A stretch of 64,000 nucleotides of DNA from assembly GCA_030704615.1 (NCBI GenBank), contig CM060732.1, positions 57,722,001-57,786,000 of the forward strand, in the 5' to 3' direction. The notes beneath the pieces are model-generated. The model made no database searches. It saw only the letters and a list, made by a program, of their open reading frames with translations, and was not told the origin of the DNA. This stretch comes from Takakia lepidozioides (taxonomy: Eukaryota > Plantae > Bryophyta). The position numbers and the translations under genes were made by a program. This document shows positions 52,839 to 64,000 of this stretch, in pieces; within the stretch, counting starts at the first letter, position 1, and every line of letters starts with the position of its first letter.

Positions 52839-55500
52839 ATGTATGTGAAGCTTTGTGAGCTTTATGAGGTCAAGGCCACTTCCAGGAAGCTGATGCTACG
52901 AAATCGCCTTGTGAACCTACGAATGGAGGAAGACACGCCTATGGAAGTATTCATTGAAACAGTATCTGACCTTGTGAATCAACTTGCAGGATTCGGAGAT
53001 AAGATGGACGAAGAAATGATGGTCGAAATGGTGCTCAATGCCTTGCCAGAAAGCTACGAGCATTATGTTCGAGCCAGAAGGAAACTGAAGCTCTCTACGT
53101 TAATTTTCGGAAGATGAATGGTCCAAACCGTCGTTCTGGAGGTGACAAAAGAGGCTCCAGAGCTCCAATCGATAAGAAGAATTCCACATGCAATCGTTGT
53201 GGAAAGTCTGGTCACTAGGCTAAAGACTGTGCTGTTCCATATGATCAGGTTCTTAAGCTTCACACACAACAAGTCAACCTTGTTGAAGATGATAGCAATA
53301 GTGATTATAGTGATGTCAGTGAAGTACTCGAAGCAGCTTTAGCAGCCGGAGAAGTTGGAAAAAAAGATGAAGTACTATCAGCAGAGATCACTAATCAAGA
53401 CAAATGGTTTGTTGACTCCGATGCTACAAAACACGTCACAGGAAATTCCGATCTTCTGCATGATGTGGTAGCATGTGGAAGCTCACACAATGTGAAATTA
53501 GCTGGTGGGCATGCACACAATGTTCTTGGCAAAGGCCATGCCAAAATGAGACTGAATGGTTCAATAAAATAGATCACTGAGGTTCTCTACGTACCTGGTA
53601 TAAGACAAAATTTATTTTCAGTAGGGGCCATGACGGACAGTGGACATTTAGCAATCTTTGATTTCTAAAAGTGCTTATTTATAGATAGAAAGGACCCTAC
53701 CAAGATCATAGCTCAAGGAACTAGAGATAGTCGAAATGGCTTATATAGACTATACGAGCAAGTTTCTTGGAAACCGCAACTTAGATACTAGAAAAGACCT
53801 GGAAGTAAATGCTTGTGATGAGGTTATTACACCACACATAGATTATCATAGAATGACTCAACTTTGGCATCGACGCTTTTAGGGGGTCCACCAATTATCA
53901 ACTCAACGACAAGCTGTGGGTATACCACACCTTCCACTTTTCACAGAAATATGCACGGGTTGCTTACTAGGGAAACATCAACGAAAGAAATTTCCAAAGG
54001 AAGCTGAACATAGAGCTACTGATATACTCCAACTGCTACACATGGACCTCTGCAGTCCTCTGCAAACACCATCACTCTCCGGATCAAAATACTTCATGGC
54101 CATAACTGATGATTATAGCCGATACACATGGGTGTATTTTTTGAGAATGAAGGATGAGGCTCTACAAAGCTTCAAGACTTTTAGAAACATGATCGAGAAT
54201 ACGACTGGCAAGACGATCAAATGTTTGAGAACAAATCATGGTGGTGAATTTATGTCTCATGCTTTCACCAAATATCTCCATGAGCATAGGATTACATCGC
54301 AGCTCAGTCAGCCTCGCACACCTCAGCAGAACGGTGTCTCAAAGCGCAAAAATCTCACTCTACTTGAACGTGCAAGGAGTATGGTACTTGAAGCTGATCT
54401 ACTTAAGTTCATGTGATCAGAAGATGTGAATACAACTGCTTATCTGATCAATCGGTGCTATTCACATGCAAATGCTGATATGACTCCACATGAGAAATTT
54501 ACAGGTAGTAAGCCGGTAATTTCTCATCTCTGTATTTTTGGCAGCAAGTCTTTTATTTATATTGATAAGCAATATAGGGGTAAGTTGGATCCAAAATCTA
54601 TAGTTTGCATCCTAGTTGGTTATGATTGTTAACTAAGACGTACAAATTATTCAATCCTACCACACGTAAGGTCTTTGTTAGTCGAGATGCGAAGTTTATC
54701 GAGAAGATTCCTACACCTGCTCGAGGAGATGTACCAGAAGGGGAGCGGTACTCCGATCCAGGTCAAATGCATGAAGGGAATGATGATTCATCTGAATCAG
54801 TGGTAATTTTACCAGATTTATCGACCCCTCCTACTATTGACATTAATGTTGATCTTCAACTTTACCCGGAAGATGATGTGCGCATTCACGATGAGGAAAT
54901 TGTACCTGCTCAAACAGCTCTCGAGCAAGTCGTCACTCTTGTACATACTCATACATACTGTACATAGTCATCACTCCTAAACTATTGAAGGCACTTTACG
55001 GTCTCAAGTAAGCACCACGCGCTTGGCATGCAAAGATTGATTCCTTCCTTCAATCTCAAGGCCTTAACCGCTCTGATGCTGATTACAATCTCTATTATTA
55101 CAAAGAAAATGGCAAAATTGTTTTGCTAATTCTTTATGTGGACGATTTACTGATCACTGGCAGTCACTCAGAGAAGATCCCTTGGCTGCGTGAACAACTC
55201 AAGCTTGCTTACGAAATGACTGATCTTGGCCTTATACAACTGTATCTAGCAGCTGAATTTCTTCATCTCGAAGAAGCATCATGATCACTCAGAGGGGGTA
55301 TGTTAAGAAAATGCTTGCTGAGATCGGGTTCTCTAATTACAATCCACACAAAGTGCCTATGATCGAGAATCTCAAGTTGTCAATTGACATGCCCCCCCCC
55401 CCCCCCTAGAAGATGCAAGGTTATATCGAAGCAAGGTAGGCAAGCTTGTTTACTTGACGAATACCAGGCCCGACTTGGTATACCTGGTTTGTCGTGGAGG
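52839..55500 (+). mobile_element. Decayed Ty1/Copia LTR retrotransposon internal region (gag, protease, integrase, partial RT)
   Basis: Gag (LRMEE...VLNALPESYE), protease WFVDSDATKHVTG, WHRR and CTGCLLGK, integrase HMDLC..DDYSRYTWVYFL..IKCLRTNHGGEF..PRTPQQNGV, and RT LYGLK.APRAW and LYVDDLLITG. Multiple stops and frameshifts. No LTRs found. Confidence 0.9.
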
Positions 55501-55559
55501 CGCTCACTAGGTGGAGCCTCGCACACCGGGTTGCGGTGGGAGTGGTTCCACGAGGGGTG

Positions 55560-56690
55560 GTGGTAGCTTAGTGGGACTTAGTGGGGGTGACATAGGACTC
55601 ACCATGTGGCGATGGAGTGTGCTTTAATTGCGGGGAGCTCGGGCACATGGCCAAGAAGTGCGCAAAACCCCGACAATTGAACATGACTCGGGCGACCACG
55701 GAGCTGTCCGAAAGTTCCATCAGTCGTTTGGTGGAAGCGGTGGTCGCCAAGACTTGCAAGGTAAGCAACTACTCTTATGAGTTGTATCAGGAGACTGACC
55801 CCTTGCGTAAAGGGAGTCAGTTTATGTTCGTGAGTGTGATAATTTCCGGAACTAACGTGTCGTTGTTCGAGGACACATGAGCGTCGTACTCCTTCATAAC
55901 ACCGGCAACGGCACGGAAGCTGGGGCTCCCGACAAGTGATGTGCCTCTATTGAAGTGCGTTATGCCAAAGGAGAACCACAATTGGCGACGAGGTTGGCGT
56001 TCGATGTTCCTCTTTAGCTCGGGAGTTGGGAGGGACGTGAGAACTTCACCATTTGCGAGTCGATGGAGTGGATCTCATTTTGGGGATGACATTTTTAAGC
56101 AAATCCGGAGCGGTCATAGATGGCCGCAAGAGAATAGTCACGCTATCGTGTGGGAATGGTGGCGAAGTGTTGCGGTGTGTCGGAAACGCCCAACCAAGTG
56201 GGAGGGCGAATAAACCTGCTGTCAGCAAAGGAGTGGGCCGTGGAGGAGCCACACGAGCCCCAATTTTTGCTTTACGTAAGACAAATGGAAGGAGAAGGCG
56301 ATAGGGAACCGAGCCCAGATTGGATCAACGGGATCTTGGAGAAATACCAGGATGTGATGCCGGAGGATTTACCAAGCGGCTTGCTACCGCGAAAAGGAGT
56401 TGACCACAAGATTGAGGTGATACCAGGATCGGAGCCGCCTGCCAAGGCGCCCTACCGGTTGAGCCACAAAACGTTGGTCGAGCTGAAGGCTCAGCTCAAG
56501 GATCTAATGTCAAAGGGGTACATCCGGCCAAGTAAATCACCCTACGGAGCCCTGCTGCTATTCGCAGACAAAAAAAATGGGACGCTGCGGATGTGTGTCG
56601 ATTACAGGGCTTTGAATAAGGTGAATATAAAAAACCGGTACCCTTTGCCAAGGATCGACGACCTCTTCGATCGGTTGGCATGAGCAAAGT
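55560..56690 (+). mobile_element. Truncated Ty3/Gypsy internal region (zinc knuckle, protease, RT N-terminus)
   Basis: [46 protein letters not shown] and [27 protein letters not shown]. Confidence 0.9.
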
Positions 56691-57865
56691 ATATCCCTGA
56701 AGCCTCGTGCTCTTGGATTTGTCTGTGAAAACCCACCAGTGCACATCTGAGCAGTCATAGCTTATTGATCAGACTACATGTCCACAAGCATCTCTTCAAA
56801 CAATATTAGGCCCCAAACTTCAAGCAAACCAATTTTAATACTATTAAAAATTTACAATGGACTGAGCAGACAACAAGAGCAACATAAATATCTTAGCTAT
56901 CAGTACTTGAAGAGCTGAAACATGGTGCCATCTAGCAAAACACATCCAACCAGCTTCAGGAAGAAACATGCACGTCTTATTTTCTCCTGTAGAAATAATT
57001 GGGTGAAAATATGAATAAACCTCAACTTATCCCCCCTGTTCTCCCACCCATGCCGAGGATCTACTATGGACTCCTGCCACCATAGTCCTTCTGTGCTAAC
57101 TGCTTCACCTACACTAAAATAGGTATCTTCGGCAGCTTTTACTTACCAGAATCCAGAGTCTTCTGGACTAATGCTATTGGAGGCTTTCCACAAACTCTCT
57201 CTCCCTCTCTCGCTCTCACTCAGACAATTGTGGCTCTACACCTCTCTAGGGACAACAAAAATATGTCTACATCGGTGGTAATTCGAGTGCTACGTTAACG
57301 AGTGAGCTCATATTGCAAGCCGACCTTCAGAAGAATTCCGATAGCTATGTGCAAGCACTGTATAAATTCTACAGCCTGGTGGTTGTTTCCCCGAAAACAG
57401 AGTATCCCGGATGGAGAATGGCCGCTAGCTAGCTCTGTACGAACCTCCTCTGCCTCAGTCAAGCAGTTGAAGAAAGACAGACTAGAAGTGTCATATATGA
57501 TAGGATATACTGAAGGGGCTACGGAAAACCACAATTGCGTCGTTTATACTCACTTTCGACTACTGCCCTTGGAGGATCATGCTGTGAAGTTGCTCGAACA
57601 AATCCGGTACAATTTCTTTTGGTATGCGTCCACGACAATTTAAAGCAGGGGTTGCTCCGTCGCAAGAAACAAGAGATACCCAAAAGCACAAATACACTTT
57701 CATGTCTGCAAGGCTTGGTTCCCCGCAGAAGGCCCCATTTCAGCCATTAAGTTAAGACATTTTGCAAGTAAGGCAGTAAAAAAATATAGTCTTGCCGAAG
57801 CAAGCTGCAAACATGACTTATGGTATCACACGCAGACCCCAACCTTAAGACGGGAGGGTGAACAC

Positions 57866-57940
57866 TTTTAACGACATCCGGAAAGATACTTATGTACTCA
57901 CAACCACAAATGAAGTGTGACATAACCACTAGGATCTCTA
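57866..57940 (-). mobile_element. Solo copy of the 3' UTR of the CRE-like element
   Basis: ACGACATCCGGAAA.ATACTTATGTACTCAC...TGAAGTGTGACATAACCACT.GGATCTCTA matches 62114-62188. Confidence 0.75.
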
Positions 57941-59401
57941 TTGGATATCCGCTAAGCCAATACATCTATAGAGAATTTGCAGCGCATTAAATATGTCGTA
58001 GCTTCATTCACTGGTGAATCTGTAGTCTCTTTATATCCAGAGCAATGGTCACATATTAACCCAATCAATCCCTCACAAAACGCGAAATACCTCCATCTTT
58101 CACTTGCCCATGCCTCTTCCCCTTCTGCTCAGAGACATAAGTGAACCTGCAGCTGCCTGTTCTAAGCCACGGTATTAAGTCACCTGTGTACTTGTTGACA
58201 GGGCTAATTGTTTGATGTTGTGGTGAAGTGCCTCAGCCTTTAGTACTCTTCTCATCACATGATCAATGTAGTGAACATGATGTAATGCAACCCCGTTGAA
58301 GTCACCACTAGTTAATGTAGCGTTCAATGACTGTCAAGCACTCGGTGGAGTACTGCGCCAAATCATACTTCTACGTGATATGTAGCATAATATGCATATA
58401 TATGAACATTCACACTGCTGCACAATAGCAAAGGTCCACATGAATTTGTTCCCGAGCAGTGAATCCACTGTCATATTTCCAGTGGCATTTGCTAATTTGG
58501 AAGCAACGGTCACCAGACAACATCAGCAGATTTTTCTAATAGTTGGAAGAAATTTTCTTTGGTGGTCAGACATGGGGGATTGTCGCGCGGGGCCGGGGGT
58601 AGTCACCATGTGCGATCAATCAATACTTTACCGCAGAGGGGGTTTTGAAAAAAAACAAATTGTATGAAATATATGTGCGGAAAGGGGTATGATTGGTTAA
58701 AATAGGTGTACGTAGGGGATAATGCATTTACATCAATTTTACAAAGATTTATAATGCAAATTATATATATATTTTTACATTTGTTGATGGGATTGACCCT
58801 AAAACCTCAGTTTTTGTCTGTTTTTGGACAGTTTTTTAAAATGAAAATTTGTACAAGCTTTTATACATAAGGAATGGGTAAATTGGTAATTAAAATAGAT
58901 AAAGGGGTCAATATCAGTGTGCAATGCTGAGTACAGAAGTATTAAAAAACATGCTTTGATACAAACCAAAACGCTGATGTGAAAATCCCATAAAAATGTG
59001 AGACATAGCTCTAAGGTTGCTCTTTTACAGCAAGATGGAGGAGACAGGCGCTGGCCATCGATGCTATCGGCCATCTGCCTGCCTGCTCCTGCCTACTTAC
59101 AGAACAATCCGACCGACGTATAGTACACACCATGTGTTAAGTACTGAAATATTTTAAAGATAAAAAATGGACAGGTGCGAGTCAGGTAGATTCAGTGATA
59201 CGTAATTTATTTCAGAGGAATTGTACATAGACAAATGAATGTTATAATCTGACCAGTTTACTTGTGCTGCACAGCATTACACTAGGCAGCCAGCTTCTAC
59301 AAGTCATTAGTTCAATGGTGCGCAAGCCAATGCTAAGTAGCTGCATATCTTCTCGGCATTCTGGAACGCGCACTGCCTTTCAATGCTGCAACTGCAACTG
59401 C

Positions 59402-60395
59402 TTAGGCGTTGTTGTCAGGGGTCAGTGTCTTCTTCACGTTCTCGTAAGCATTGTTCAGTGCACCACCGGCCTACAAGCACAGTTCAGAAACAGGTTTGAC
59501 TCAGTGTCTAGTTGATAGCTACATCGACACCGGCCGCCTGCCATAACTCACAAACAGTTAACTCAACACAGCTTAGTTGTTAGCTTCATCTTAATGCCTG
59601 CCAAGACGTTGCAAAGGAATTCGGTCAACTCCGTTGCACATTTTCCAGCACTCTTGCAAATCTGTCCTTTTTGATGACTTTATAGAGTCCCAGTATGCAG
59701 AAAAAAAAGAAGAGTCAAGAATGAGATAAAGTAATGTGGTGCCAGCTGATCAACTTTGCAACCGTAGCACTCATCATCGCACAGGCTGTGAGGTAAGGAC
59801 CAAACTACCTGCTGCAAGGTGGAGCCAGCGGCATCCTTAGCTTGGGTGAGTTTGCCCTGGGAAGCCTTAGTCACATCAGAAGCGCCTTGCTTGGTCTGGT
59901 CTAACTTTTCACCCGCAACATTTCCAGCCTCTTGAGCTTTGTTCTGGGTTGTTTCAGCTGTGCTCTGCAGACACATACGCACCGCATAAAGGAATGGGCT
60001 GTTACTTACACATCAAGGCAGACCCGCTAAGTTACTATATCTTCTGCCAATCCTGGACGAATCAGCAGCAAGCTATCATCAGCACTCCCATACTTCTTAA
60101 GCGGGCTGATCCTGTCTCCATCCTACTACGCGCCTGCAGAAACATATCCATCTCCTCTTCACTATATGTAACTCTTTTCACCTAGTAAGCTAGCTAGAGG
60201 CAGCGTCAGCAGAAGACTCTAAAGTTTGCACTGCATCAGAGAGATCGTTTCTAGCACGAGACAATTATGAAGGTGGTGACTGGAGATACGAACCTTGGCG
60301 GCATCCTGAGTCTGGGAGCCGGTCTCCTGTCCAAATTGTTTAGTCTCCTCGGCCTTTTGAGCGGCGGTATCCTTGGCGTTGTCGAAGGTCGACAT
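59402..60395 (-). CDS. Late embryogenesis abundant protein, group 3 (LEA_4-like), 108 aa
   Basis: Exons 60395-60294, 59964-59809 and 59470-59402, all phase 0. A/K/Q/T/E-rich 11-mer-like motifs such as AKDTAAQKAEETKQ and TAETTQNKAQE. Confidence 0.85.
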
Positions 60396-60587
60396 TTTCA
60401 CGTGGAAAGAAGAGATTTGAAGAAGGAACAGAGTATGGAGATCGAAATGGGTGGATTTCTGCGAACAGTATTGCCGAAGCTTGAATGATGGAGCACAGCG
60501 ATATGCAGCTTGGAAAGCGAGTGTGAAAGAAGAGATGTGAAGAAGGAACAGTGGAAAGCGAGTACGAAGAGTGTAGCGAGGGCAGGG

Positions 60588-60740
60588 ATATATACGCTTG
60601 TCAGCAGCCCAGCCTGGAGGGACACCTGTGGGGTCGGTGCCGGAATACGCAAGGTGTCACCCCCAAAGAGCTCCACTTGTCGATGTCCAGAACTTTCTGT
60701 ACTCTATCCACTTCCTGCCACACGCACTACACCACGTGTC
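60588..60740 (-). promoter_or_regulatory. LEA promoter: TATA-like box, DRE/CRT and ABRE
   Basis: TATATA at ~60588-60593, ACCGAC (DRE core, minus strand) at 60633-60638 and GACACGTGG (ABRE) at 60732-60740, plus ABRE-like variants between them. All lie upstream of a LEA gene. Confidence 0.6.
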
Positions 60741-62099
60741 GCTTTCTTGTGCCGCTTACTTGTTTGTAGTAATATTCATTACCTGTGTGGCCTCCATGTA
60801 ATGAGGCTGGTGGGGTGGGTGGTGGGGCCAAGCACCAAATTATCATAGGCATGAATTACTTCCCTGCAGGTATTTCAATGATCTCCGCTATGAAGGTGAT
60901 TGCAAAAATAAGCTGAATTACCTCCAGAGGAGTAGTCATAAGCAACCTCCAGGGGGAGAAATTTTTAAATTTTATGTCAACCCTTTTATGATAGGTGTAA
61001 CAAAGAAAGCGCAAATAGTCACAATGGCCAATCCAAGCATTGATTAGAAGTGGAATATATTTGAGTACACAGGGCTATGGAGATCCACGGGGGAAGATTT
61101 TGCGGGATTGCGGTGCAATAAGAATGACATCAGAATCTCTCAACGGCTTGCAGGTTCTAGAATGTTTGGGCCCGAATTCAGTGTGCAGATTACTAATGTC
61201 TGTCCGGTTACAAATTCTCTAATAAGCAACATTCTTTTGCGCTGTGGGATGTTCTCCTCTGCAGTTTTGGTGACCCCAAATGTGTTCCGACGAGTATCCC
61301 CCGGTGTTTGTTTGGTTAACAATGGCCTAGTGATGGCAACTAGTGACACTATAAACTTTGAGTATGTCACTACATTCTTATATCCAATGCATGTAATCTC
61401 TGCCACAATACTATTCGTATAAGGTCTTGTGTAAGATCAGAGTTGATCTCAGATCTATTGAAACTGCATGCTTGGTGTAGAGACCAGTTTAGCGGTTACT
61501 TCTAAATGGACTCCTCATCTCCCAAACCTTAATTGTTACAATGTTTCTCTCGTTTGTGTGCCCACTTTGACATAGGGCCTCGCATGGAGCACTTATCAAT
61601 AAATCCTTCTGGGCAATGACCTTTTATGATGTATCTCTCATTTACTTTTGATATGGCACGCCTTACTAGTTCTATTGAAGCACACATATATCCATGCAGC
61701 TTTTCATTAAGTTCTTTGGGCGAGGACCGAGTTGGATATCATTAAGCATTAATGTTTCTCCACGAACTAGTTTCTGGGGAGGTTGTGGAACATTTATCCG
61801 TCATGTTTTCAAGCCTACGTAGTAAGCTTCGCACTAAGTGGCATCTCTTTGCCAATAAAAACTATTGGATGGAGTGGGCGTGCTCATGATGATACCATCT
61901 CAATTCAAAAACATACAAATGATGCGCTACCCCCCACATAAAGCCACTTAACGTGTGGATCGGTGGACTTGGCATGACTCAATGCTTTCCATCCATCAAA
62001 AAAGCTGGGCACTAGACAAACAACCATTTCGCTCAACAACTATCTAGGTAGCTCGCAGATTGTAATCGAGAAGGAGACAACTTCTATGCAGCGCAAAGA

Positions 62100-64000
62100 C
62101 AGAAAATGGACAGTTTTACGACATCCGGAAACATACTTATGTACTCACTTCACCACTAGTGAAGTGTGACATAACCACTGGATCTCTACAGATGAAATCC
62201 TATAAGACTTTGACCCTCCCAGCCAACAGCCTGGAGGAGATCAGGCAAGGAGATAGGCAAAGTGTCAAGCAGAGGCGGAAGACGGGATGACGCGAAGCTA
62301 GCCACATCAGCCCGATGCAAAATAGAGATGACTTGTGCTCTCTGCAAAGCAACTGAAACATGTTGTCGATAGTAGGCGACAAGGACGGAGGCATGTGGGA
62401 TGCCAGTGGACCCGCTCTTGGCTGCATGATGTGCACATGTCCGCAGGAAATCGTCGAAGTGCCGATGCAATGAGCCAAATATTTCGACCGCCAGTGGAAG
62501 AAATGTGTCGGTGGGGTGACGATCGTTGTAGTCGCGCTCCTTGGCCTGGGCTGCTACAGTGGTTGCCGTGCCTGGTGTGGTAGCTGCACGAGATAGCAGA
62601 TCCGCTCGAGTGAGGTTGGCGAGAACGACATCTGCTAAGATACGCAAACCATCTCTAGATAGGACGATGTCAATACGGCGGCGTGTAGAGTGGGACGTGA
62701 GCGTGGGTCGTAGATGTGGTTGCTCACGCAGTACATGATACCCTGTCTCCCGAGCAATAGATGTCACCGCATCGCGAACCATATTATGAGACACAGTGCG
62801 CTCACCACCACATGGACAGCGGAAGAGATGGATGACAAGGTCATCGATGGGCTGAAGACAGACGCAGCGCTGAAGGCCCAATGCCGAAAGATGAGGCAAA
62901 CCGAGTCGAAGGCGGAGCGCAGTAGTGAAAATAGGGGATGAAAGGCGAAAATGTGCGATAATGGGTCGTGGTGTCAACCATGCCCCTGCTCTGGGTCCTG
63001 CGCATGATAAAAGTCGGGCTCGATGCAACTCAGAAGAAGCACTTGAGAGCATGCCGGAAAAAGAATGACGGTGCACGCGCTCGGAAATGGAAAGATGGTC
63101 GAGGCCTTGAGCAACCAACTGCTCAAATGGTGGTAAACATGCTCGCGCCGGTGCCGGAAGAAGATCTCGTGCAGAGCGGAGATGTTGCTGGAAGGGTAAA
63201 ATGTCACTGTCGACATGTGCAACGGCGTCCATAAGGATAAGACGATGGTCACAGAGAAATCGTGAAGCGAGGGCTGGCGCCACCAATGCCCAACTGCCGA
63301 GGAAAGCTAATGGGGCGGTAGTGACAGTGGACAAAAGACCCACACCACCGGAAGAGACGGGCAAGGTGGCTTGCTGTCGTGGCAAAAGTCCCTGAGCACC
63401 CTCCAGAGCTCCTGGTCCTAACAATCTCCCGAAGATAGTCATCATGGTAGTATCAAACCCAGATAAGAGATGTAGGAAATCTGGGCTGGGTGGAACAGTG
63501 CGCAAAAGATATGAGGGATGCTGAAGGAAACATTTGATCAAGATTCCATATGCTACCTGTACATCTCCGAGCCTAGGAAGGAGATCGGCGTGGGTGGCAT
63601 CCTGGTGGAGTGCATCTTCCAAGAAGGACGTTGTGAACTAGGTGGTGCCAAAAAGGACTCCCAGGATTCTGATGTCATTGGGCGGAGCAATGAAGTGAGC
63701 AGGGAGGACAAAATCTGCATGGAGACTGCACGGAGACCACACCGCACATTTGTGAGGTTGCACTGAAAGGCCCACGGCAGAAAGCTGGGTGATAAAATGA
63801 TAGTAAGCTGAAAGTACATGTGAGGCAGGGCCTACAATGTGCGTGTCGTCTACTACCGACGGAAAAAGACAAGATGAGTGAACTTGTGCAGAAGCCGTGA
63901 GGGCGCGGACATGAGCCATGGCAAACAAAGGTCCTCCTAAAGGGTCGCCTTGGCGGGTCCCAACCTCGGACTGAATGATGGAACACTCACCTAGGCAAGA
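62100..64000 (-). mobile_element. CRE-like non-LTR retrotransposon (RT + CCHC + restriction-like endonuclease), continues beyond the window
   Basis: RT motifs GTRQGDPLGGPLFAMAH, FPSVVDDTHIVG and LPVSSGGVGL. Zn motif CVC....D...HLFRC. RLE motifs SHN.VRD, RRIDIV..ADV, AKERDY and FLPLAVEIFG. One in-frame TAG at 63638-63640; the ORF stop is at 62186-62188. Confidence 0.85.

Noticed and set aside
57295-57750. Cluster of short ORFs upstream of the solo CRE tail
   Set aside because: No recognisable domain or consistent splice model.
62118-62145. GACATCCG / ATACTTA resembling U6 or U1 snRNA starts as a possible CRE target
   Set aside because: The matches are only 7-8 nt and none of the remaining snRNA sequence is present.

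Overview
Eukaryotic land-plant genomic DNA with GT-AG introns; the transposon content suggests a non-seed plant such as a bryophyte or lycophyte (inference). Spliced gene models were built by hand from splice sites and reading-frame phase. They are: a ~1,221-aa disordered protein of unknown function (3071-15973), a VCCN/bestrophin-like pseudogene, a chloroplast glyoxalase-like VOC gene divergent from an unknown gene, a LIP1-like triacylglycerol lipase, an FLX-like coiled-coil gene, a downstream set of WW + Q/P-rich + CELF-type RRM exons, and a group-3 LEA gene with ABRE/DRE motifs. Mobile DNA comprises a nested, same-orientation array of APE-RT LINEs (RTE-X-like) linked by (TC)n tracts inside one intron, decayed Copia and Gypsy remnants, and a CRE-like RT-RLE retrotransposon at the right edge. 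The most notable observation is that the WW/prion-like/RRM exons have no convincing 5' end of their own but join in phase to exon 3 of the FLX-like gene. This predicts two isoforms by alternative last-exon choice: a 309-aa FLX-like protein and an ~839-aa FLX-WW-PrLD-RRM fusion, which would combine FLL2-like and FCA-like parts in one locus. No transcript or database evidence was available, so all joins are predictions.
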